This document shows, piece by piece, positions 28,098 to 37,733 of a stretch of 64,000 bases of DNA. The stretch lies in the NCBI GenBank assembly GCA_963667015.2, contig CAXXJJ010000001.1, positions 2,656,001-2,720,000 on the forward strand, in the 5' to 3' direction. The translations under genes and the position numbers were made by a program. This stretch comes from Desulfatiglandales bacterium. Lineage in GTDB: Bacteria; Desulfobacterota; DSM-4660; Desulfatiglandales; HGW-15. The notes beneath the pieces were generated by a model that saw only the letters and a program-made list of their open reading frames with translations, ran no database searches and was not told the DNA's origin. The stretch's first letter is position 1, and each line of letters begins with the position of its first letter.

Positions 28098-30112
28098 ATT
28101 CCTTTATTGTCAGCATGGGTGACCGCATAAATCAGAGATCCGAAAGCCTTTGATAAGCCAACCGGGATTTGATCAGTCATTGGAATATTCTTTATAGAGA
28201 CATCCTTTGTCTTAGTTATCCTTTTAACTGTGTTGATACACATCTCATCAAAGGGGGCAAGGTCACTGATAAGTCCTTTGTCATATTCGTCACTTATTGT
28301 GAATGCTGTTTCCAAAAAAGATGAATAAAAGGGCAGGTCGAACAGTTTTTCAAGATCCTCAGTAACTGCCGTTTTATCTGTTTTAAGGGGATAGTATTCA
28401 ACTATTTCACTTATTTTCAGATGCCTGTCACCTAATCTTTGGAAAATGTTCCTGGGAGCCCTGATTCCATTCTGTTTATATATGGCTTCGGTAACACCTG
28501 CATGAACCGCCCTGGCTATAAGTTCACCGGTATTTGTATGGCCTCCGGCATACTCTTCAACCGGACCATTCCCCCTCACAACAAGGACATTGTCCGTGCC
28601 GGTACCTGTTGCGCCATTCTTTAAGCCGCTGTATGTGCTTCTTATGTCCATATCAAGAAGTGCGGCGGTTTTGGCCTCTGTGGCTGTAATGATTGTTCTG
28701 AGCATGGCCTGGGGAGTCAGAGTCCGGTTTGTAAGGACAATAACATTAATTGTTCCATGACTGTAATATGATCCCTCATCCTGTGAAGCCCTCTGGGCGT
28801 TTCCCCTCACACCGGCTGTTACCAGTGCCGTTACCTCAAGATCCTTGTAGGACCTTTTCTGTATTGAAAGATTATCCATGTCAGCACCGGTCATAAGGGT
28901 TGTAAACCCTGAACTGGAAAATCCGACATTCTTTTTAATGGCCTCCTTTGCTCCTGAAACACCATACGCCATTTGACCAAGACTTGCGTGCATGGGGATA
29001 TATGTATTGGCAACACCCTTAATACCAGAGAGGCTCCCATCAAAGGTCGAAGCTATATCCTGTGTGCCCGCAAAGGAAAGCACTACAGATTTATACTCCG
29101 CGTCAGCAACACGGTGCCTTACAATCTCGGCATTTATTACATATGGAACATCAACCTTTACCGGGGTCTTTTCCAGGACTGTATTCTCTGTTACGGCTTT
29201 TTCCGGGTCAGCAAAATCTTCCAGATAAACAGCTGCTGCCAGCCACTGAATAAAGTCCCCTATATGTGTTGATACCTGGCATGTGAGATTACATGGAAAC
29301 ATTGTAATCGAACCGTTCTTTATTGCATCAACATCTTTCCATCCATCCCTGTTTATAAGTTTGCGTACCGCCTTTTCATTATCGCTGCATCCGTAAATAA
29401 ACTGTGGATTAAAATTCTGCCACTGTTTAAGGGTTACCGGGACTGCAAAGCCGTTTTTACCCGATTTAAGAGGGATTCCTCCTGCTGCCTCAATCATTTC
29501 CGTCTGGAATGAATCATCTCCCGGGCATGAAATATCGGCCCCAGCCATTACACGTGCCACTCTTTTTCTTTTTTCAGGAGAGATTTTATCGGCACGGGCT
29601 TTTACAAGTGCCAGTTTTTCACGGTTGCTTTCTATTACTTTTTTCGCTTCAGGAAGGCAGTCGAATATTTTACCGATCATTTCCATCTGAGTAAAAGCAT
29701 CGTTAATAGTTTTTTCTTCAAGCACCATTATCTTGCATGGTTTATCCTTATAAAAGTCGATGATTTTTTTGTGTGATGGAGCTGCAATAATCAGATCAGG
29801 ATTGCATTCGACAACTGCTTTAGTATCAGGAGAGAAGTAACTGCCAACATTTTTAGCTGTGGCTGTCGGATTAAGCTCGAGGTCCTGCTTTGTGAGACCA
29901 GCAATACATTTCCCTTCTCCAAACTTGTAGATCATTTCAGTGATATATGTACGCAGACATACGACTCTTTCGGGTTTTTTTGTAAGGATCAGGTTATTAC
30001 CGGCAGAATCAGTAATTTTTACAAAATCTGCGCCCAATGAAAAGCCAGGTATAAAAAATGAAAAGCAAACTGAAAAAAGAAGGGCTTTGTATATTAACTG
30101 TGAAAATCTCAT
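28094..30112 (-). CDS. cbiZ: BtuF-like substrate-binding domain fused to adenosylcobinamide amidohydrolase CbiZ
   Basis: Signal peptide, ITDSAG/PERVVCL/NPDLII binding-protein motifs; C-half LMTGADM, VTAGV, GTINVIV, TATEAK, ATGTGTD, GGHT CbiZ motifs. Confidence 0.85.
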   Translation of the reverse strand: MRFSQLIYKALLFSVCFSFFIPGFSLGADFVKITDSAGNNLILTKKPERVVCLRTYITEMIYKFGEGKCIAGLTKQDLELNPTATAKNVGSYFSPDTKAVVECNPDLIIAAPSHKKIIDFYKDKPCKIMVLEEKTINDAFTQMEMIGKIFDCLPEAKKVIESNREKLALVKARADKISPEKRKRVARVMAGADISCPGDDSFQTEMIEAAGGIPLKSGKNGFAVPVTLKQWQNFNPQFIYGCSDNEKAVRKLINRDGWKDVDAIKNGSITMFPCNLTCQVSTHIGDFIQWLAAAVYLEDFADPEKAVTENTVLEKTPVKVDVPYVINAEIVRHRVADAEYKSVVLSFAGTQDIASTFDGSLSGIKGVANTYIPMHASLGQMAYGVSGAKEAIKKNVGFSSSGFTTLMTGADMDNLSIQKRSYKDLEVTALVTAGVRGNAQRASQDEGSYYSHGTINVIVLTNRTLTPQAMLRTIITATEAKTAALLDMDIRSTYSGLKNGATGTGTDNVLVVRGNGPVEEYAGGHTNTGELIARAVHAGVTEAIYKQNGIRAPRNIFQRLGDRHLKISEIVEYYPLKTDKTAVTEDLEKLFDLPFYSSFLETAFTISDEYDKGLISDLAPFDEMCINTVKRITKTKDVSIKNIPMTDQIPVGLSKAFGSLIYAVTHADNKGI

Positions 30113-30130
30113 TTTTAGCTGTCCCTTTAA

Positions 30131-32014
30131 TTAAAAATTAATGTTAATGCCTGCAATGAACCTGAAACCGTCATCAGGATAACCTGCATGGACTTCATAA
30201 TCCGTATCAAGAAGGTTGTCTATGTGAAGGTAAATTTCACCCTTATGGCTCATTATGGTGACCGGATGTATTATCTTCATATTCATTGCTGCATAACTGT
30301 CCAGTTTTTCTTCCTGATCAGTGCCCGGACTGCTGTATTGACTGCTGTTTCCTTTTACGGTTGCCTCGATTCTGGTCCTTGAGGGCAGGTTGAATTTTCC
30401 GGTTACCTTTAATGTCTGATCTGGAGAATAGGCCAGCACACTTCCTGTGTCCTTGTTTTCAGTGTCCTGGTAGATGTAGCTTATATCCATTGTAATATTT
30501 CCGTTAACCGGCAGCTTTAACGCTAACTCAATACCCTGTTTGTATGCCTTTGAGGTATTGATCGGCCTGTAAATCAGGTCTTCACCCCTTACATGTGTAA
30601 TGAGATCCTCAGTTTCTGTCCTGAAGATAGATGCGTTGAGTACGGTGTTTTTATCAAAAATATGTGAGAGGCTGAGATCAAAGGCATATACCTTTTCTTC
30701 ATCAAGGTCAGGGTTGCCTCTTACCAGGTCGATTGATCCATGGCTTGGCTGATATAGCTGATTAAATGTAGGTATTACGACTGAATAGCCCGCTGTGGTC
30801 TTAATTACCGTCTCAGTTGCTAAAGGATAGCTGATACCGGTACTGACAGCCGGAAAAAAACCAAAGTCATTGGTGTAGTCGCCACGGAGACCAAGGGTCC
30901 CATTGAAGTGTTCAAATTCCCTGTCCTGCTGAAGATGTATTGATACATTTTCCCTGTGGTGATCCCCCGAAAGATTATGGTCTACTCTGTTTGTCTCAAA
31001 CAGCATACCAAGCCTTTTTGCAAGCCGTTTTTCTTCATTATTCCATGTGGTTTCACAGTTTAAACCGGCTTTTAAAACATCAAGGGTCGATGTATATCCT
31101 GCCTGGGATCTGTCCCACAGGTCTACCATATCGACATATGTTTTTAGTGAATACTCTTTTTTACTCTTTAAATATCCCTTTGTCTGAAAGTCCAGAGAGC
31201 CTTTCCGGTAACGCTGCCTTGCATCCGGCGTGATGTTGTCAACAGGGCCGGACGATCCATGGCTGGAGTAGTAGTAGTTTCCATTGAGATCATATCTTTT
31301 TCCTGCAGTACCTTCCTTCTGATATTTTAAGCTCATATTCTGGCTTTCACTGTCGCTGTTGAGCCTTTTTCCATCCTTACGATTAGCTCCTGCTACAAGA
31401 AGTATTTTTTTCTTTTCACCGTTTATTATATAGCTGGCACTAATCTCTGCAGCCCCATATGAGCCCCCATTCAATTTTAAACGGCCGTTGTTATTATCCT
31501 TTTTAAAGAGCCTTTTTCCTGTATTTTTTGTTGTAATGTTTATTACTCCGCCTGCTCCTCCGGGCCCAAGCCATACCGGAACAGGAGGTTTGAATACGGT
31601 AATTTTTTCAATTATTTCAATAGGGATACTTCCCAGGTTCACTCCGCCGTACTGGGCAGAATTGACAGGCTTTCCGTCTATCATAACAAGCACTGAGCCT
31701 GAGCCTCCGCCTCCGCGAATGGATATCCTTGCGCCGGTGCTGCTTCCTCCCTGCGATACATCCACTCCGGGCATTGAGCCTATTGCCTCACCAACCTCAA
31801 GGAAGTTTCGTTCCCTGATTTCAGACACATTCATTTCAATGATGTTCTGGGGGTTATTTTTAATGTATTCGGAAAGTTTTTTTGTGGTTGCTTCTACTTC
31901 TTCCAGTGTATAAACACCTTCATCAGTTTTATGATGCTGGGCAAAGGAGTATGATCCTGAAAGGAAAAGTGCAAATATAAAAGTAAAAAAATATTTCATA
32001 ATATTTATATCCAT
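30131..32014 (-). CDS. TonB-dependent outer membrane receptor
   Basis: Signal peptide, plug (ISIRG, IEKITVFK, GGVINITTK), GNPDLDEE, C-terminal Phe. Confidence 0.9.
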   Translation of the reverse strand: MDINIMKYFFTFIFALFLSGSYSFAQHHKTDEGVYTLEEVEATTKKLSEYIKNNPQNIIEMNVSEIRERNFLEVGEAIGSMPGVDVSQGGSSTGARISIRGGGGSGSVLVMIDGKPVNSAQYGGVNLGSIPIEIIEKITVFKPPVPVWLGPGGAGGVINITTKNTGKRLFKKDNNNGRLKLNGGSYGAAEISASYIINGEKKKILLVAGANRKDGKRLNSDSESQNMSLKYQKEGTAGKRYDLNGNYYYSSHGSSGPVDNITPDARQRYRKGSLDFQTKGYLKSKKEYSLKTYVDMVDLWDRSQAGYTSTLDVLKAGLNCETTWNNEEKRLAKRLGMLFETNRVDHNLSGDHHRENVSIHLQQDREFEHFNGTLGLRGDYTNDFGFFPAVSTGISYPLATETVIKTTAGYSVVIPTFNQLYQPSHGSIDLVRGNPDLDEEKVYAFDLSLSHIFDKNTVLNASIFRTETEDLITHVRGEDLIYRPINTSKAYKQGIELALKLPVNGNITMDISYIYQDTENKDTGSVLAYSPDQTLKVTGKFNLPSRTRIEATVKGNSSQYSSPGTDQEEKLDSYAAMNMKIIHPVTIMSHKGEIYLHIDNLLDTDYEVHAGYPDDGFRFIAGININF

Positions 32015-32073
32015 AGTAATTCGAGTTTTTTAACAGGAGGCTGAAAAAAAAATTCTCAGGGACCTGAATTTAC

Positions 32074-32123
32074 AAAAAAAATCCCGGACCTAAAATTAGA
32101 TCCGGGATGTCCCTTTTTTATCC
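32074..32123 (-). terminator. Riboswitch-associated intrinsic terminator
   Basis: Minus strand GGATAAAAAAGGGAC-ATCCCGGATCTAA-tt-TTAGGTCCGGGAT-TTTTTTT. Confidence 0.8.
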
Positions 32124-32202
32124 ACAGAAAAATATACAGGTCAACCGCCGTCCACGCGATTTTGTCCAGGTAATATAATGATGATCCTGGGTTTTCACCT
32201 TA

Positions 32203-32364
32203 TATATCCAGGCAGGTCTTCTGACTTTCGGTTCATTCTACTAACCGCACCTTCCCAATCAATGATCAGTGGTATAATTGCGGCTTTTGTCCCCGATTAC
32301 AGCGGCGGGCCCGTCCCCGAGTTTCACGGGGTTCCCTATTGTGCTATACAACACCTGAATGTTT
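32203..32364 (-). ncRNA. Cobalamin riboswitch
   Basis: Minus strand CAGGTG...AATAGGGAACCCCGTGAAACTCGGGG-ACGGGCCCGCCGCTGTAA...CCACTG...GGGAAGG...AGTCAGAAGACCTGCC. Confidence 0.94.
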
Positions 32365-32367
32365 GCT

Positions 32368-32397
32368 TTAATACATGAATATTAAAAATTGTGTCAA
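32368..32397 (-). promoter_or_regulatory. Putative sigma70 promoter for riboswitch unit B
   Basis: Minus strand TTGACA-N18-TATTAA directly upstream of the aptamer. Confidence 0.45.
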
Positions 32398-32450
32398 GGA
32401 AAATGTTTTACTTGACTCATGTGTTATTTTTTCATAAATACAATACATTA

Positions 32451-32633
32451 CATATTCAGGTGCTCTTAATTGAGCTTAATAGGGAATCCCGTTAAAATCG
32501 GGGACGGACCCGCCGCTGTGACCCCTCCTTTTTCAATTTTGAAAAGGGAACCTCTTTAACCTTCGTGAGCCACTGTTATCTAATGGGAAGGCCGTTAAAG
32601 GAGGGGGGGGAGTCAGAATACCTGCCGGAATAA
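32451..32633 (+). ncRNA. Cobalamin riboswitch
   Basis: CAGGTGCTC...AATAGGGAATCCCGTTAAAATCGGGG-ACGGACCCGCCGCTGTG...GCCACTG...GGGAAGGC...AGTCAGAATACCTGCC; followed by hairpin GCCAT-cgcggaat-ATGGC whose loop can pair with the CCGC loop. Confidence 0.94.
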
Positions 32634-32672
32634 GATATTGGCCATCGCGGAATATGGCATCTATAGACTAGA

Positions 32673-32727
32673 GGATAAAAAAGGGTAATCCCCGGGTCGA
32701 TTGAATTCGATTCGGGGTTTTTTATTT
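32673..32727 (+). terminator. Riboswitch-associated intrinsic terminator
   Basis: GGATAAAAAAGGGTAAT-CCCCGGGTCGA-ttgaat-TCGATTCGGGG-TTTTTATTT. Confidence 0.75.
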
Positions 32728-32766
32728 TAAGGTCGGCTAGATAAAATATTTTATTCAGGGGAAGAA

Positions 32767-34752
32767 ATGAAAAAACTTTTATTGACAATAGCAGCCGCAA
32801 TTGCCGTTACATCTGCGGGGGCAGTTCTGGCTGAAGATGAAAAAGATTTAAAGAAAATGGATGCAGTAGTTGTAACCGGTACAAGGTTCGAGCAGGAAGT
32901 GGAAAAGATACCTGCTAATGTAGCCGTCATTACAGCAGAAGATATTAAGAAAAACGGAGCCCAGTCTGTTCCTGAGATCCTGAGAAATCTTGCAGGTGTG
33001 AATGTTCGTGACCTTAATGGCAACGGGAATAATCAGGTTGTGGATCTTGGGGGATTCGGCGAAACTGCTGACCGTCACGTAGCAGTAGTAATAAACGGCA
33101 GAAGGGTAAACCCCATTGATATGTCAAATGTAAGATGGACTCTTATCCCGGTAGATAATATTGAGAGGATAGAGGTCCTTTATGGCTCTGGCGCTGTGCT
33201 TTATGGTGACAACGCCATGGGCGGTGTTATCAATATAATAACAAAAGACATTACAGAAGGTATTTCTTTTGATGCTGAGGCCCTTGCCGGCAACATGGGG
33301 ACCAGAAGAGCTCATGGTATTTTTAATTATAATAAGGGAGCCTTCGGGATTCAGCTTGGCCTTGAGGGATCAGAAACCGATGGCTATCGTGACAGATCCG
33401 GATCAGAAAGAAAAGGGATATATGGAAAGATCCAGGCCTATCCTACGGATACTATAATGCTGTCCATGGAAATAAATGCAGGAAATTCAGAGTATCAGCT
33501 TCCTGGTTCTATTACCGAAGAACAGATGGCTGTCAATCGTAAACAGGCTGCCAGTCCCAATGATGAAGGTGAGGATGAGGATTTTTTTATCGGACTCGGC
33601 GCAGAATTTGATTTTGATACAAACGGTGTGTTAACTCTCCGGGTTAATAACAGAAAAGAAGACATTGACAGTGATATGGCTTCATGGTTCAGCTACATGA
33701 TGATTGAATCGGATACTGATGGGATTAATACTCAGTATGTTCTTGATGGAGATCTGGCAGATCATAAAAACAGGCTTACACTGGGAGTTGATTATTATGA
33801 TACTGAGTATGATGCTTACAGGGGAGCAAGTAAGGGTGAAAAAACCGACAGCTTTCATCATACCAAAAAATCAATTGGTTATTATGCACAGGATGAGTAC
33901 TCCATACTGGATTCATTGATACTTAATGCCGGTTTAAGGTTTGAAGATCCTGAAATTGATCTTTTCTCCAATGTGTTTGGTACTCCAAACAGGCACACAC
34001 TGGATGACTCTGAAACCGCATGGCATCTTGGCCTGTCATACATATTTAAACCAGGCTCAAAGCTGTATGCAAGGGTATATGAGGCATTCAGGTATCCTGC
34101 TGTGGATGAGTTTACAAGCCTTTATACTGGCGCGATTAACAACAACCTGAAACAGGAAACATCACAGGGATATGAAATCGGTACAAGAATTGCTCTTGCA
34201 TCCAGACTGGTTCTAAACGCAAGGGTCTATACCATGAACCTGGAAGATGAGATAGCATACAGCAATATTACCTGGCAGAATGAAAACCTGGATAAAACCC
34301 GTCACCAGGGCGCAGAGATCGATTTCCGTTATCAGACATGTGCCTATGCCGCATTGTTTGGTAATATAGCATATACCGATGCAGAGTTCAGGCAGGGTGA
34401 AAATAATGGCAAAAAGATACCCATGGTTCCGGAATGGAAGTACAGCCTGGGTGTTGATATGAAATATGAAAATATCAAAGGAAGGGTCCAGTATAACTAC
34501 CTTGGTGAAAGATATTTCGGAAATGATTACGCAAATACCCAGAAACAGATGGAAGATTACCAGACCGTTGATCTTTATTTAGGGTATGAATTCAAGAAAG
34601 GTGAATTTTTTATAAACGCTGCAAATATCTTTGGAGAAAAATATTCCGATTACGCATATTACTATTACGATTATTCTTCTATGAGTGATGCTTATGGCTA
34701 CTACCCGATGCCCGAAGAAAGTTACTGGGCGGGTGTAAAATTCTCCTTCTAA
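32767..34752 (+). CDS. btuB: TonB-dependent receptor, probable cobamide importer
   Basis: TonB box DAVVVTGTR, IERIEVLYGSGAVLYG, C-terminal Phe; first gene after cobalamin riboswitch and upstream of btuFCD-like genes. Confidence 0.82.
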   Translation: MKKLLLTIAAAIAVTSAGAVLAEDEKDLKKMDAVVVTGTRFEQEVEKIPANVAVITAEDIKKNGAQSVPEILRNLAGVNVRDLNGNGNNQVVDLGGFGETADRHVAVVINGRRVNPIDMSNVRWTLIPVDNIERIEVLYGSGAVLYGDNAMGGVINIITKDITEGISFDAEALAGNMGTRRAHGIFNYNKGAFGIQLGLEGSETDGYRDRSGSERKGIYGKIQAYPTDTIMLSMEINAGNSEYQLPGSITEEQMAVNRKQAASPNDEGEDEDFFIGLGAEFDFDTNGVLTLRVNNRKEDIDSDMASWFSYMMIESDTDGINTQYVLDGDLADHKNRLTLGVDYYDTEYDAYRGASKGEKTDSFHHTKKSIGYYAQDEYSILDSLILNAGLRFEDPEIDLFSNVFGTPNRHTLDDSETAWHLGLSYIFKPGSKLYARVYEAFRYPAVDEFTSLYTGAINNNLKQETSQGYEIGTRIALASRLVLNARVYTMNLEDEIAYSNITWQNENLDKTRHQGAEIDFRYQTCAYAALFGNIAYTDAEFRQGENNGKKIPMVPEWKYSLGVDMKYENIKGRVQYNYLGERYFGNDYANTQKQMEDYQTVDLYLGYEFKKGEFFINAANIFGEKYSDYAYYYYDYSSMSDAYGYYPMPEESYWAGVKFSF

Positions 34753-34776
34753 TCTGCACTGATTTAAACGGAGATT

Positions 34777-36816
34777 ATGTCTTGTTTTAGAGTTAAAATT
34801 GATATCCCGGTGTTGCGGCAGAAACTGATTGTTTGCCTGGCAATCATCCTGCTCGTAATTATTGCCTCCCTTAAGACGAGCCACTGCTATCCCCTGAGTT
34901 TCAGGGATAGCAGTGGCCGGGATATTACAATCAAGTCTGAACCCTTATCAGTTGTATCTCTGGTTCCTTCCATTACCGAAATTATCTGCCGTATCGGAGC
35001 AGGGGATAAATTAAAGGCAATAACCCATCACAGCACCTATCCGCCCGAAACTGCCGGAAAAGAAATAGTAGGAGGCTTTCTAAAGCCCGACCTTGATCTT
35101 GCGGCAAGCCACCAGCCCGATATTATTTTTTATAATGATATCCAGGAGGGAGTTGTAGAAAAATTTAAAGACCGGGACGTTATCCTGATTGACTTTGAGA
35201 CAGTGAGTATAGAACAGAGCTTCAGGTATATTATGCTCATAGGTGAGATTTTCAATAAAAAAGAAAATGCAGACAGCATCATCAGGGAAAATAAAAGATA
35301 TATTGATCTGATTGAAAAGAAGGCAAGCCTGATCCCGCCCGAAAAGAGAAAAAGGGTTATGCGTATCATGGGAAGCAGCGGCTATATCACTCCCGGTGAT
35401 GATTCCTTTCAGAAAGAATTTATTACACTTGCCGGCGGCATTCCTCCTGTGTTCAATAAAAAAGGCAGTGTTATATCTATAGATAAGGATGACATGATAA
35501 GATTTAATCCGCAGATGATATACGGTTGTGATAACGACAGGGACGGGGGAAACGCTCTTTTATCTGATCCTGAATTAAAGGAAGTTGAGGCAATAAAAAA
35601 TTATAATATACAGTACTATCCATGCGATCTTACATGCAGGGCTTCTACAAATACAGGGTATTTTGTCTCATGGCTTTCCGCCGAAATTTACAGTAAAGAG
35701 TTCGGAGATAAAAAGAACCTCGTTCTTCCTGAAGGAATCGTGAAATCCAACAGGATAGATATTGACCTTGATTATGTTAAAGAGGCCAATGTCTATACAA
35801 CCAATCTCTATGATTTTACTAATAAAACATTGATTATTGATTTCGATAGACCTATAAATGTCATTTCAACCCTTGAAGGCAGCAGAGATAATATAGAATC
35901 CATCGGAAACCATTATGCCCCGCTTTCATGCTGGAGTGTGGCACATATGGAAGGCCTTGAAGGAATGAGGGCAAATGTTTTTAAAGCTCTCGGAAAAACA
36001 GGCAAAAACACCAGCTTTCTGTTTACAGGTGCTGATGTTGACCATGTTGCGGTTGTAAAGGAAAAATTCAGAGATCTTGAAGTATTTGCCGTAGTAACTG
36101 CCGGTGTTAAATCCAATGGGATGAGAATGTCTGTTGATGAAGGCAGTTTTTATGAGCCCGGGACAATCAATATACTTGTGCTGCCCAAAATGAAGATTAC
36201 CGAAAGGGCAATGACAAGGGCTATTATTACCGCCACAGAGGCCAAGACAGCCGCTCTGCAGGATCTTGATATAAGGAGTGCTTACAGCCCCGGATACCAG
36301 GCAACCGGAACCGGTACTGATAATATGATCATTGCCCAGGGCATCGGTGATAAGCCCCTTGATAATACAGGTGGGCACACAAAACTTGGTGAACTTATTG
36401 CTTCATCGGTCTACAGGGCGGTAAAAGAAGCAATATATAAACAGAACGGAATAATAGCTGAAAGGAATATTTTTCAAAGGCTCAGGGAGCGAAAGATAAC
36501 CCCGGGCAGCAGCCTGATTTCGGATAAAATAGAATGTAAAGCCGGAAAAAAGCAGACTGCATATGCCCTTGAAAAACTGCTTCTGAAAACTGAATATGCT
36601 TCTTTTTTATCATCTTCATTCAGCATAAGTGATGATTATGAAAGAGGACTGATTAAAGATCTTAAGGAGTTCAGAAAACAGTGTACATATATTGCCAGAG
36701 AAATTTCAGGTAATGAAGATCTTGAAACAGTGGAACTGGTAGAAGATGAAAATATCCCGACCGTAATAAAGATGGCATTAAATGCCATGCTGAACGGCTT
36801 ATGTAACAGGGAATAA
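34777..36816 (+). CDS. cbiZ: BtuF-like substrate-binding domain fused to adenosylcobinamide amidohydrolase CbiZ
   Basis: N-terminal hydrophobic segment, VVSLVPSITEII; LFTGADV, VTAGV, GTINILV, TATEAK, ATGTGTD, GGHTKLGE. Confidence 0.85.
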   Translation: MSCFRVKIDIPVLRQKLIVCLAIILLVIIASLKTSHCYPLSFRDSSGRDITIKSEPLSVVSLVPSITEIICRIGAGDKLKAITHHSTYPPETAGKEIVGGFLKPDLDLAASHQPDIIFYNDIQEGVVEKFKDRDVILIDFETVSIEQSFRYIMLIGEIFNKKENADSIIRENKRYIDLIEKKASLIPPEKRKRVMRIMGSSGYITPGDDSFQKEFITLAGGIPPVFNKKGSVISIDKDDMIRFNPQMIYGCDNDRDGGNALLSDPELKEVEAIKNYNIQYYPCDLTCRASTNTGYFVSWLSAEIYSKEFGDKKNLVLPEGIVKSNRIDIDLDYVKEANVYTTNLYDFTNKTLIIDFDRPINVISTLEGSRDNIESIGNHYAPLSCWSVAHMEGLEGMRANVFKALGKTGKNTSFLFTGADVDHVAVVKEKFRDLEVFAVVTAGVKSNGMRMSVDEGSFYEPGTINILVLPKMKITERAMTRAIITATEAKTAALQDLDIRSAYSPGYQATGTGTDNMIIAQGIGDKPLDNTGGHTKLGELIASSVYRAVKEAIYKQNGIIAERNIFQRLRERKITPGSSLISDKIECKAGKKQTAYALEKLLLKTEYASFLSSSFSISDDYERGLIKDLKEFRKQCTYIAREISGNEDLETVELVEDENIPTVIKMALNAMLNGLCNRE

Positions 36817-36824
36817 GGCAACTG

Positions 36825-37733
36825 ATGAAAGTCATATCAACTATATTACTGGTTTTTGTTTTATTTGGGCTCTCCGGCACAGCAGGCGCCGAAAGCTTTA
36901 AGGATGCTGTAGGAAGAGATGTCGTAATAGAACATGCTCCATCCCGAATAGTCCCGCTTGCTCCCAGTCTTACAGAAATTCTCTATTATCTGGGGCTTGG
37001 TGATAAGGTTGTGGGTGTAACAAATTACAGTTATTATCCACCGGAAGCGCTTGAAAAACCAAAAATAGGTTCATATATAGATATCAATATAGAAAAGATT
37101 CTCACTCTTGGACCTGATCTTGTAATAGGAACAAGAGACGGAAATAAACCGGGAATAGTTGATCTGCTTGAACAGGCAAAAATCCCTACCTATATAGTGA
37201 ACCCGAAAAATGTTGTTGAAGTAATAGAAACAGTCAGGATAGTCGGGCGCCTGTGTGGTGTGAAAGAAAAGGCGGACATGCTTGCAGATAAACTTGATGC
37301 AAGGCTTGCAAAAATTAAAAATAATGTAAAAGACGAAAAGAAACCTCTTGTATTTCTGCAGATAAATCTTCACCCCATTATGACTGTTAATAAAGATACA
37401 TTCCATCAGGATATTATTAATATTTCAGGCGGTATCAATATGGCTGCCGATTCAAAAATAAGTTACCCAAGGGTGAGCATAGAAGAAATAATAAAGCGGA
37501 AACCTGAGATAATGATTATATCCTCAATGGACAGGGGCGGTGAATTTGAGAAGGCAAGACAGGAATGGCTCAAATGGACTTCTATCCCTGCAGCAAGAGA
37601 CGGGAAGGTATATCTTATAGACTCCGACCTCATAGACCGGCCGTCCCCGAGGATAATTGACGGGATAGAGGAAATGGCAAGGCTCATTCATCCGGAAGTG
37701 GCTTGGGATGGTATCAATGAACGAACAAATTAA
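36825..37733 (+). CDS. btuF: Cobalamin ABC transporter substrate-binding protein
   Basis: Signal peptide, RIVPLAPSLTEILYYLG, RPSPRIIDGIE. Confidence 0.88.
   Translation: MKVISTILLVFVLFGLSGTAGAESFKDAVGRDVVIEHAPSRIVPLAPSLTEILYYLGLGDKVVGVTNYSYYPPEALEKPKIGSYIDINIEKILTLGPDLVIGTRDGNKPGIVDLLEQAKIPTYIVNPKNVVEVIETVRIVGRLCGVKEKADMLADKLDARLAKIKNNVKDEKKPLVFLQINLHPIMTVNKDTFHQDIINISGGINMAADSKISYPRVSIEEIIKRKPEIMIISSMDRGGEFEKARQEWLKWTSIPAARDGKVYLIDSDLIDRPSPRIIDGIEEMARLIHPEVAWDGINERTN

Noticed and set aside
32178..32800. ORFs 32178..32378 (+) and 32576..32800 (-)
   Set aside because: They are antisense readings of riboswitch and leader sequences.
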